This document shows positions 1 through 10,936 of a DNA stretch of 64,000 nt, in pieces. The DNA is from Balamuthia mandrillaris (lineage: Eukaryota). The notes below the pieces were generated by a model. It saw nothing but the letters and a program-made list of their open reading frames with translations, was not told the DNA's origin and ran no database searches. Within the stretch, counting starts at the first letter, position 1, and every line of letters begins with the position of its first letter. The stretch lies in assembly GCA_031835245.2 (NCBI GenBank), contig JAVKOQ020000093.1:1-64000 (forward strand), read 5' to 3'. Made by a program: the position numbers and the translations under genes.

Positions 1-934
1 TTTGTTTGTTTGTTTGGGTTGGTTGCTTGGTTGTTCAATTAGTGGTTGGAAGGAAAGTACTAATTCTCTCTTGCTCACTTTGGATGGCTGCAGGCCCAGA
101 ACGAGGGAATCATCCAGGAATTGGGTGATATCGTGGCCAATGGCTTACGCTGCCATGGCAGCATCGTTGAAGGACCTTGGATCGTCAACGGTCTGGAAAA
201 TCCACGGTGGAAGTGGCTGGCGCAATCCATTCGCAAAGGTCATTGGGATGTGTTGCATCAAGCCGCTCTTGGTCTTGATTGTGGCAAAGAAGTCTTGCCG
301 CCGATGGATTCATCACAACAACAACAACTGTTGGATGCTACTTCCTCCCAATCCAGCAGTAGCAGCAGCAGCAGCAGCAGGTTTTATGAGACACCAACTG
401 GAAGTTGGATCTGTAACCTCATTAACGCTGCAGTATATAGCATTCTGAAGGAGGTGCCCTCCTTGGATGAACGGTGTAACCGCAAAGGACGCGTTTTTCA
501 GGGTTCCTTCACCCGAGAAGAACTGTTGTTAGTATATAGACAACTCCCTCTTGGCCTGCAGAAACTTTTTATGTTATTACGGGCCAAAACTATCCAGTAT
601 GTTGCTTCTCTTTCGCTTGGTTGCTTGCTTGCTTGCTTGCATGCAATGCAAGACATGTTATCCTTGCCGCCTCTCTATATTCCCTTTGCTTGTTTACTCA
701 CTCACTCGCCCCCTTGCGTGCTTGCTCATAGTGATAGCGCAACACACGAGGAGAATACCCGTTTGCCACCGCTGCGCCAAGAATGGTTGAACGAGTCATC
801 TTTGGCAGATGCCCTAATGTCATCTATCCCCTCAAAGCCAACAACCAGCAGCCATCGAACCAAAGTGCAACAAGAGATGATATCAGAAGGAGGAGAAGAG
901 GAGGAAGAAGAAGAAGAGGAAGAAGGTGAAGAGC

Positions 935-966
<32 letters not shown>

Positions 967-1456
967 GAAGCAGCAGTGATGGAGGAAGATCCAGAAGCCT
1001 TCTTATATCCCCCATTGGACCGCCAGCAATTAGAGCAGGCAGCCCGAATGGAAGCAATGGTAGAGAAGCAGTATTCCGCCAAGGAAAAGTTGTTCCAATA
1101 CCGTATGAAGCTAACCCATTATTGTCCTCCCTTTACGGTGCAAGAAGCCTTGGCAGAGAACGCGTTGAACTTTGCCAGTCTGAAATCCTTGAAAGGCATG
1201 CGCATTTCTACCAGCATCAACCTTTCTGGACCTTTGGAGGATGTCAAGCGGTTGATGCTTGCTGTTCGTCGCTGCTTGGTGAAGGAAGCGCAACAACATA
1301 ATGCTCCGCTGGAGTTGGATCCTTTGGATAGAAAGCTCTGGAAGACACGCATTCGTCATCCGGTTCGTTCTCAACTGGAGCGAGTGTGGCCGCACATCAC
1401 ACTGGAAAAATCCAGGAAACCTGAGCGACGGCAAAGCAAAAGCAAAAGCAAAAGCA

Positions 1457-1493
<37 letters not shown>

Positions 1494-3546
1494 AAGCAAG
1501 AACAAGAGTAAAGCTAGCAGCAGCTCTGCTACCGCAAACATGCCAGCAGACCCGTTATACAATGCAGCTGCTATTGTGCATGTAAAGGACTTGCCTGAGC
1601 TGGATGCTATATCACCACTCGCGGCTGATTGGTAAGTTGTTTGTTTATTTGTTTATTTGTTTGTTTGTTTGTTTGTTTGTTTGTTTGTTTATTTGTTTGT
1701 TTGTTTCATAGGAAAGGAACAACTCACCACTCACTACCAACCTCCTCCCACTTACTTTCCTTTTAACATTTTCTCTTTCTTTCTCTCTCTTTTTCTTTTT
1801 CTTTGTTTCTCTTTCTTTCTCTCTTTCTTTCTTTCTCTCTTTCTCTCTCTGTCTCTCTCTCTCTCTCTTTCTCTCTCTGTCATTCTCCAGGGATTTACAA
1901 TATGTGGATCAATTGGATAACAAAACATGGCAGCCTATCCATACCACCTCTACCCAAGTCGGCAATACAGAAATGAAGAGGGAAAAGCATCGTGCCAAAC
2001 GCCATTCTGTTAGACACCAAAAAGCCATGGACAAGCTGGCTCAGAAGAGCAGTGAGCTGCAGCAAGATATCTCTGTTGATGCCAGCCCCTGTATTGACTT
2101 GACAGAGTTTTTTGGGCCTGACCTTCGCTCTTTTGCTGCTGTAGACCAGAGTAGTTTGGATGATGCGGAGTTTAGTCTCGATGATGGCAGTATCCTGGGT
2201 GGAGGTGGTGGTGGTGGTGGTGGTGGCGGTGATGATAGTGGAAATGCTACCTCAGCTGGTGTGTTCGCAGACACAATGGACCTAGCAGCAACAGCAGAAA
2301 CAGCGCAGCAAAAACCAAGCTCAACAAAGCGCCCAAGAGCTATGTCTTCCTCTGCTGCCTCTTCCTCTCCTGTGACAAGCAAGAAGCCACGGAAGGCAGA
2401 TGATGATCAACTGTTGTTGAAAAAAAAGAAAAAAAAGCAGCAGCAGAAGCAGACACAGAAGGACAAGGAGAAGCAGAAGCAAAAGCAACAGCAGCAGAAA
2501 AAGAAGAAGGAGAAGGAAAAGGAAAAGGAGAAGCAAAAGCAGAAGCAACAGCAGCAGAAAAAGAAAGAGAAGGAAAAGGAACAAGAGAAGGAGAAGCAGA
2601 AACAACAGCAGAAAAAGAAACAAAAGAAGACTATGGCCACCGAGTCAGAGGAGTCCGAGGCCTCATCTGCATCAGAGGCATCAGATAAGTCGGAGGAGTT
2701 AGAGACCTCATCTGAGTCAGAGGCATCAGATAAGTCAGTAGAGTCAGGCAAGTCAGAGGAAGAGGAGGAAGAGGAAGAGGAAGAACCCAAGAAGACAGAG
2801 AAGCCTGCAACTTCCACCAAGTCTACTGCTCCTAGCATCAGCAGCAGCAGCAGCTCCTCAGATGATGATGATGATGATGAGATGGCCAGTCTCATGAGCC
2901 TTGATATCACTAATGTAGCAGGTAAGAGGCGCTCACGTTTGGTGTTACTTACAACAACTCACATATGCATTAACCACACTTGCATGCATGCATGCATACA
3001 TGCAGATACATGTGATGGTGCTGGAGATAGTAAAACAAAGTCAGATATCCCCAACAAGACAGCTCCTTCACCAGGTGCAATGGTGGATAAAGAGATTGAT
3101 GATTCCATACTGATAGACGTGTTAGAATGTATGTATTTTTATTTTATTTGTCTATTCGAGTTTGGTTCTCTATCTGTCCGTCTGTCTGTCCATTCGTCCG
3201 TCAGTTTTTCTACTAGCTTTGTGTTTTGTCTTTGTTTTGTTGGTTTACTGGTTTTCTGTTTGTTTGTTTGATGTTTATTTGTTTGTTTGTTTGTTTGTTT
3301 GGTTGTTCTCTTCCTCGTGGTGTTTTTTTTTTGTTTTTGGGCTTTTCAGTTGCAATTCTATGCTTATGCAGTGGCGCTCCGTCGGAGCGGCAGCTTTTTA
3401 GCTCCAGTTTTGTTCTTATTATTATTTGTTTTTTTGTTGGTTGCCTTTTTGGTGTTAATTGTTTAGCGCTCCAACGGAGCGCTATCTTTTTGGTGTTTGT
3501 TTACACTGTTATGCCTTTGTGATTTCTCATTCAAGCCTTACTGATT

Positions 3547-3588
<42 letters not shown>

Positions 3589-3660
3589 CTAGTATCAAAA
3601 AAACCTGCTAATGACCCAGCAAAACAAGTAGCAGCAGCAGCAGCACAAAATGAAGATGAG

Positions 3661-3692
<32 letters not shown>

Positions 3693-3981
3693 AAAAGAAA
3701 AAGAAAAAGAAAAAGAAGAACCAAAAGCAGCAGAAGCAGAAGCTGGCGAAAAAAAAGCAGAAAAACAGAAAGAAGAGGAAAAGACAAGTGCTACCAAGAG
3801 CCCTAGCAGCAAATCTACGCGCAAGGCTGCAGCTGCTGCTCAAAAGGCTATTGCTACTGCTGCTGCCAAATCATCTTTGCAAAGAGCTGCTGCTGCCGTG
3901 GCTGCCTCATCTAGCAGTAGCAGCAGCAGCAGCAGAAAAGGAGCCACAACTCGTTCACAACGCCGTAACTCAGGCAGGTGA
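1..3981 (+). CDS. Large orphan multi-exon protein, 5' end outside the window; low-complexity (poly-S/E/Q/K) C-terminal half
   Basis: Phase-consistent GT-AG model: exons 94-596, 732-1631, 1891-2921, 3006-3128, 3593-3981 (TGA 3979-3981). Joins ORFs 121..1635 and 1904..3271. No domain recognised. Confidence 0.7.
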
Positions 3982-4553
3982 TCTCTTTCTCTTTTTAGTT
4001 AGTTATATTAGTTTGGTTGTTTGAGAGAAAGCTTGAGTTAGTTGGTTGATTGGTTGGTTGGTTGGTAGTAATAATACTGGTTAAACAATGGATGGATGGA
4101 TGGATGGATGGATGGATGGTAGAGTAGTGATGGTGGTAGTGGTGATGATGATGGTAAGAGTTGTTAAGCATAGCATGGTGAGTAAAGGAGTGAGTGACAT
4201 GACAAACAAGCAAAAACAGTAGTTAGTATTGTTGCAAATAATAATACTAATAGACAGACAACAAGAAATGTAAACAAACAAAGAATGAAAAGGCAATTAT
4301 AAAAATGAATCTCCTACTACTGCTAGATGTAAAAAGGGAGAAAGAAAGAAAGAAACGACAAGAAAGAAACGACAAGAAACAATCAAGAAAGGAAAGGAAA
4401 GGAAAAACAAAAACAAGTCTCCAAATAGTTCTCATTCTTTATTATTATCTATATCTTCATTCATCCATCAGACTAGACTTACTAACTTCGTGTTTCTTTT
4501 GTTTCCAACATTTGTTGTTTGTGTTTGTGTTTGTGTCTACAATTTACTTGTTT

Positions 4554-4606
<53 letters not shown>

Positions 4607-4610
4607 ACAG

Positions 4611-5022
4611 AAGATAATATATCTATTCCTGTTGTCTTTGACAAACCATCACTACTAAACAACAACAACAACAACAAAGAGGCAGCAATAGCAACAACAG
4701 TAACAGCAATAGAAGAGGATGATGAAGTAACGATTGTCTCAATATCATCACCCTCATCCTCATCAACAACATCTTTCAATCATCACTTTGCTCCCTATCA
4801 GGCTCTCAACACTCGGTCATTCGTTCGCAAGCAGTTTTTGGATCATTATTTGTTAAAAACACCACCACCAGCAACTGTTGTTGCTTCTGCTCCTGTTATT
4901 GTTGTTGATAATCCTGCAGAGCTTTTTTCACCTCCTCCGTTTTCTGCATCACCCTTTTCATCCACTACCACTACCATCACCGCCACTTCATCATTTACTC
5001 AATCACAACCACAACAACAACG

Positions 5023-5067
<45 letters not shown>

Positions 5068-5968
5068 GCAACAACAACAACAATCTTTAGAAAGGATGAC
5101 CTCTTCTTCTTCTTGTTCTTCTTCTTCTTTTTCTTCTTCTTCTTCTTCTGCTTGTTCTTCTTCTTCTTCTTCTGCTTGTTCCCCTTCTTCTCCTCCTCCT
5201 CCTTCTTCTTTTTCTTCTCTCCCTTTTTCTCCTCCTCCTTCTTCTTCTTCTTCTTCTTCTTCTTCTTTTTCTTCTTCTTCTTCAAATTCAGAGTCCTTTG
5301 TCTTTGAGAACAATGATGGTGATGTTATGGATAGCAACGGTGATAGTAATTTATCAGTATCATCATCATCTTCATTAAGAGGAAGAAGAGGAGAAGTAGA
5401 AACAGAGGAAGATGCAAGAAGCAAAACAACAACCCCATCAACATTGATTGATTTGTTGTTGTTGACTGAAGACGAAAAAGAAGATGAAGAAGAACACAAA
5501 GAAGAAAAACAAGGAAAAAAGAGAAAAATAGAGAAACAACAAAATAGAGCTAGAACAAATGATGATAATGATGACGACGATACTACACATGGCAGCAGTA
5601 GTAGTAATGGTGGTGGTGGTGATGGTGGAGGAAGACGTCTTTCTCGTGCTATCACATTGATGAACCGTTTGACAGAAGAGCGGTGGACAGAGTTGACGGC
5701 AGTGACGAGTCGATGGAGCCCTTCTACCCAACGTAAACATGCCTGGACTTTGGCCATCTGGGAAGCACATTGTGCGCATCATAAATGTTTGCCAGCTCTT
5801 CCTTTGAATCTCCAACGTCATAACGTAGGAGCCTTTGTTCAATGGTTGATTTTGGATGTGGGTTATGCCTTGAGCTCTGTGCGTGATGTCATGATTGCCA
5901 GTCTTTATCGTTTGCATGATGAAAGTATCCAACAACAGCTTGACTCCCTTTCTGCATCCTCCTCCTTC

Positions 5969-6003
<35 letters not shown>

Positions 6004-6472
6004 CTCCTCCTCTGTTTCCTCCATGATCTCTTCAACTCCAGCATCATCATCATGTACCACTTCTTTCCCACCTTCTCCTTTATCCAGAACCCTTCTTGGT
6101 GATGGTGTCACTCGAGCAGCAACAACAGGAGCGACAGGACGCACTACAGCATTGACAACAACCTCAGACCATGCTTACTTGTTGTTGCTAAAAAACCAAA
6201 TGGATGCCATCAAAGATCAAGTCAAACAGGCCATTCGACATTGCAAAAGAGCCAAACCTTCCTGTTCTAGCAAACAATTGTGCAAAGACGCATGTTTGTT
6301 AGATGATGTCTTACATATTATCGCATCCACTCCAGATGGACTGGTGAGCAAAGCTGCTGAAGCCAGTTGTTGGTTACACAGTGTTTGTACTGGTGCCAGA
6401 GCCATTACAGCTACAAACATTCGTTTGGGTGATATTGTGGCATTTCGACCTAAACTTTCATCCTCCTCTTTC

Positions 6473-6526
<54 letters not shown>

Positions 6527-7678
6527 AATGACAACATCAGCTGCCATCACCAAGAGGATACATTTTCTGCTCCTCCTCTTTATTTCCTTTCATTGCGCCA
6601 ACAAGTCACTAAAGGAATACCAAATCATTGGAATCATGTCGTTACATTTGAAGGTTATTTAACACCACCACCACCACTACCATCATCATCATCATCACGA
6701 GGATCATCTTCTTCACCATCACCATCACCATCATCACCACTTAGGACTGCTGCTGCTACGACCTCTGCTGCTGTCACCACCCCTGCTGCCACCACATCAA
6801 CAACATCAACACCAAGCATTTGTCTTGGAGATTTTATTTACTGGTTAAACAAGCATCTGTTATGCAAGCATGGTTTGGATTTGCGCGAGTTTCACAACTG
6901 GCGCTTGACAGACAAACAAAAACAAACATCATTATGGGGATGGTCACGCGATACTTTAAATGCCAAGTTGCAAGATCGGGCTGTTCGGGCTGGTTATCCT
7001 GAAGGATTGTTTTCCTTTCACTCCTTGCGTGCTGGCTTCCTTTGCACTGCCTTGATCTTGGAGGGACTGCAGGAAGGTCACAGTCAGAACAATGTACTGG
7101 ATACTACTGCCCTTATTGCAGGTTGGGTACCTCGTGGTAGATCCCAGCAAGTCTACGTCAAGGATACATTAAAACGTGCTATTGTGGCCAATCGCTTGGT
7201 CAGCAATGTTACCACCACTCATCCTCATTCTTCTTCTTCTTCTTCTTCTTCTTCATCATCATCTTCATCCTTTATTGCAACTACCACTGCTGATTATCAT
7301 CCCCCTCGACATTGCGGTTCGTTACTGCTCATCTGATTTTTGTTTTTTCTTTTGTTTTTTCTTTGGCTGGGCTGGCTGCCTGACCAGCGTCAATAAATCA
7401 CCACCACCACCACCACCACCACCACTATCACTTGATGGACTGACTTGCTCTCTTTTTGGTTCTTTTTATTCTCACTCCCTTGTATACATACAGTTATTGC
7501 TCCAGAGCTAGTTACCAAAGAAGCATTTCACAATCTATCCCCAGATGCTTTGCAACAATCCAACTGGTCTGCAGATACCAACTATCAGAGTTTTATTCAT
7601 GCTGTTCGCCAACGGTTTGTTTGTTTGTGTTTGTTTGTTTGTTTTGTTTGCATAGTATCCACCACCATCACCACTATC

Positions 7679-7709
<31 letters not shown>

Positions 7710-8872
7710 CTATCTATTTATCTATTTATCTATCCAGTCAGTTTTTAGCTTGTTTGTTTGCTTGCTTGCATTCAAAAATGCACCCTTAGACCTAGCGCTC
7801 AGCTAGAACGCACAGGTTTATTGTGACAGCAGCAACATTCATAGTCTAAACAATAATTGTTATAATTGGTCTTAGTTCATTTGTTCTTCTTTTAACATTC
7901 ACTCACACTTTGTTTTTTGTCTCTTTTCCCTTTTTCTTTCTTTTCCTCTTTCTTTCTCTCACTTTCTCTTTCTTTCTTCTTCTTCTTTTACACTGCTTCT
8001 TTAGGTGGTTCATGAAATGAACAGATTTGCCAACCAAAGATCAACAAATACGATTTTATCGCTCCTTGTGGCTTGAATGTTGTACCGCTTGGGTAGAAAA
8101 TCATCCAGATGAGTTTGACAAGGATGTGCTAGCTGAAGCTGCAGCCACCTATGAGGCCAAAAACAAATCTCCTCTGCGTTGGCCCAATATTCATCGCCAG
8201 CTGTGCCGTCAACACATCTCTGGCATTCTACAAAGCTTTTTCAGTGGCTTGAATGAGCTGGTGGATGAGTTTGTAGCTCCTGTACTTCCCAAGTTGGTCA
8301 ACGGATCACCCATTCACAAAGCATTCCTCACCCCTCGTCAAGAGCAATCATCCTCCTCCCTTGCTTCTCTCGATGATGATGATGATGATGACAAGAGTCC
8401 TGACTCAAAAAAACAAACACCACGACGACAACGAGTTCGCAGAGCGCTTCAGCGACAACAATTGTTATCCAGTCGACTCAAATATCAGAAGAATGGCCAT
8501 CAACAACGGATTGCTTGGCAGGCACCAGAAATCCGTAGACTTGTCACTTGGCGCTTGCGTGATGGATGGTCTTGGTTGGAGATTGCCAAACACTTGCCTA
8601 CCCAACGTCGAACCAACAATGATTGCTATGATAAATGGCGCAATCTCCTCACAGAATTCTCCAACAATCTCGATGCTTTGAAGGCCAAATACTTGATGGC
8701 CCATGATGAGGACTTTGACAAATCGGATGATGATGATAATGACAACACTTCCTCCCCATCATCATCTCCTACTTTTACTACCACTACAGTTATATCCATC
8801 TTGGATGAAGAGGAAGAGACAGAGGAGAATGATGATGAAGATGATGATGATATTATGATTATATCTTGTTAG
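4611..8872 (+). CDS. Tyrosine recombinase (Cre/DIRS-like phage-integrase family) fused to a C-terminal Myb/SANT domain
   Basis: Exons 4611-7316, 7494-7614, 7790-7815 (26-nt micro-exon) and 8025-8872, with matching intron phases (1,2,1). True start unresolved: an upstream exon or the ATG at 5096. SAM-like core-binding domain at ~5714-5917 (WSPSTQRKH...AFVQWL...GYALSSVRDVMIASLYRLH). Catalytic residues: R in TGAR 6398, K in TKG 6611, HSLR 7019-7030, W in AGW 7124, Y 7154. Myb at ~8507-8650: WQAPEIRRL...WLEIAKHLPTQRRTNNDCYDKWRNL. Confidence 0.88.
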
Positions 8873-9004
8873 ATTATATAGGTATTTCTATACGAAAATT
8901 GAAAAAATTGCTACTTTGACCCACTTTATCCGTTAGACTTATAGACTTAGAGTTTTATAGAATGGACCATGGGGAGTTGAATGCCGTAGGTTCTGAGTAC
9001 CCGC

Positions 9005-9017
9005 CCCTAACCCTAAC
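9005..9017 (-). repeat. Short interstitial telomere-like repeat (CCCTAA)2C
   Basis: Sequence CCCTAACCCTAAC read directly; it is (TTAGGG)n on the minus strand. Confidence 0.6.
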
Positions 9018-9905
9018 TTGTTGGAAAACTCCAACATAATAGCCCTTCTTCTCTTCCTGTCGACCTCTCCCTCATGTCTGTCGACCTGAGGAAACTTCTC
9101 GGTGTCCAATTTCTCCTTTCTTGAACTTCTCCTTTCTTGTTGTTTTCTCTCTCTGCCCTTTTATGCTGATATTCTCTGTTCTTCTTTTTTGGATAATTGT
9201 TTTAGCTTAAATACTGCCTCTCCTTGCTTCTTCTTCTTTTTCCTCTCGGGACAACTTACAACAAAACACAAGATACTTTACTATCACTTGTACTCTTCAC
9301 TTTTAGTAAATTAAGTTCGGGTCTTGTAATTACTTTGTCTCCGCCATCATTCCCGTTCTTATTTTACAACAACCTAACCTAGAGCCTTGAAGGTTGCCAT
9401 GATCCACTGCCACCACTACCTCGAGCAGGCCCTTTACCTCATTGACAAGGCCATTCCCTACTTCAACAGCCCCCAAGGAATTCTTCGGATTTTTTGTAAA
9501 TAAAGTTTATTATTACACTAGCAGAGTGAGGTTTTTGGGGAAGAAAAACGGCAAGGCGGCCAACTCTGCTGCAGTTGTGTGGGTATGCAAGAGCTCATAG
9601 CCCCAAATCGAGGTGTAGAAAGAAGGAGGAATCCATGCAGCCATCTTGACAGGAAGATGGGTTCCTTTTTTCATCATGCGTTTTTTCATTTCCTCCCAGA
9701 GGCTTGAAAATACAAAACCATCAACTTCTTGCAGCACACAAACAACGTCCTCCCACTTCACCACATTCATGTTTGTTTCCCTTTTAATTTTTTCTTTGTC
9801 CTTTTTGGCAAATTATCCCCTGAGTTGGCGGATTTGCCATCTGTGCCACCATTTTGGCATTGTACAGGCTGCGATAAAAAAGAGAAAGCAACAACAACAA
9901 CAACG

Positions 9906-10451
9906 ATGCGCAAACGCACGGAAACGGTGGGCGTCGCCCTGGCGCGCCAGGGCGACCTGGAGCAGCTGCGCCGTCGCTGCCGCCGGCCGCTGGGGCAGGA
10001 AGTCGCCAAGGCGGCGGCGTTGGGTGGCCACGTGGACGTCCTTCAGTGGCTGTGGGAGGAGAGGGGCAGCGCGGAGTGCTGGGACTGCTGCGGCGTGCCG
10101 GTGAGCACCGAGGCCGCCCGCGGGGGGCACGTCCGCGTGCTCGAGTGGATCAAGAAACGCGACCTATCGTGGGACGCGTCGGCGTGCAGGGCCGCGGCCG
10201 GGGAGGGCCATCTCGAGGTGCTGCGCTGGCTGCAGGAGGATCCCAGGCACTCTCCCTGCCCGTGGCGTGAGTCCTACTGCCAGGCCGCGGCCCAAGGCGG
10301 CCACCTGGCCGTGCTGCAGTGGCTGCGGTCGAGGGACCCGCCATGCCCGTGGGACAGGGGCGCCCTGGACTCGGCCGTCCGCGGGGGCCACGAGGAGGTG
10401 GCGCGATGGATAGCGGAACAGGAGCCGCGATGGGGCGGAGCGTTTGTGTGA
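9906..10451 (+). CDS. Ankyrin-repeat protein (AAxGGHLEVLxWL...CPWD type), possibly 5'-truncated
   Basis: Repeats AALGGHVDVLQWL, AARGGHVRVLEWI, AAGEGHLEVLRWL, AAQGGHLAVLQWL...CPWD. Intronless and visibly GC-rich. Confidence 0.85.
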   Translation: MRKRTETVGVALARQGDLEQLRRRCRRPLGQEVAKAAALGGHVDVLQWLWEERGSAECWDCCGVPVSTEAARGGHVRVLEWIKKRDLSWDASACRAAAGEGHLEVLRWLQEDPRHSPCPWRESYCQAAAQGGHLAVLQWLRSRDPPCPWDRGALDSAVRGGHEEVARWIAEQEPRWGGAFV

Positions 10452-10479
10452 GTAATGAATAAACGGAGAGGATCCAGGT

Positions 10480-10936
10480 CACGGAGTGGGGCAAAGTGGG
10501 GTGGATATGCTGGAGGGGCAATGCTGTTGCAACTGCAAGCAGCTGAACATCGCCGTCCCGCTGCCTCCAGCTCCTCTGTCATCTGTGGGGCTGCTTCAAT
10601 GCGCATCACCTCAGGCACAAAGTAAGCGAATGTCCACACCCGCAGCGCTGCATAGATGCCGTCCGCAATGAGAATCAAGCGACGGCTCTCTCGGTGAGGC
10701 CAGACAGCCCACGTGGCCACCGGAAGCAAGGCCGAGAGGGCAACGTGCATCGGGATCCAGAATCTTTTCCTGTCCACGCCTCCATGTTGCGGCTGGAACA
10801 CCGCGAGGTTTGGCCATGCCCTACATACCACCGCATGTTCGTAGATGCCTCCACCCAGCTCCATTGCGGCAACAAGCAGGGAGCCCATCAACGCGCCGCC
10901 GCCCAATGTTTGCCTCCAACCAGCGGCACTGCTCAT
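10480..10936 (-). pseudogene. DUF1772/anthrone-oxygenase-like small membrane protein with an apparently frameshifted C-terminus
   Basis: GGGIYEHAVV...WP...QPQHGGVDRKRFWIPMH...ALRVWTFAYFVP resembles bacterial DUF1772-like proteins. After EAAGRR (~10550) the expected last hydrophobic helix (QLLAVATAL) continues in another frame. Confidence 0.55.

Larger units (their letters stand above)
1..9040 (+). mobile_element. Putative YR-encoding (Crypton-like) DNA element or island; left end outside the window, right end approximate
   Basis: Intact YR gene, no reverse transcriptase seen in the window, a microsatellite repertoire unlike the rest of the window, and (CCCTAA)2 plus a palindrome at the right edge. 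Boundaries are inferred, not demonstrated. Confidence 0.4.

Noticed and set aside
4611..7316. Protelomerase (telomere resolvase) interpretation
   Set aside because: Protelomerases use an R-K-R-H-Y catalytic set with an LGH-type motif; this protein has HSLR and AGW like Cre/DIRS YRs, and no long palindromic target is visible.
1..8872. DIRS/Ngaro retrotransposon interpretation of the YR
   Set aside because: No RT (YxDD), RNase H or gag motifs and no split/inverted LTRs are visible in the window, and the gene has spliceosomal introns. It cannot be fully excluded without upstream sequence.
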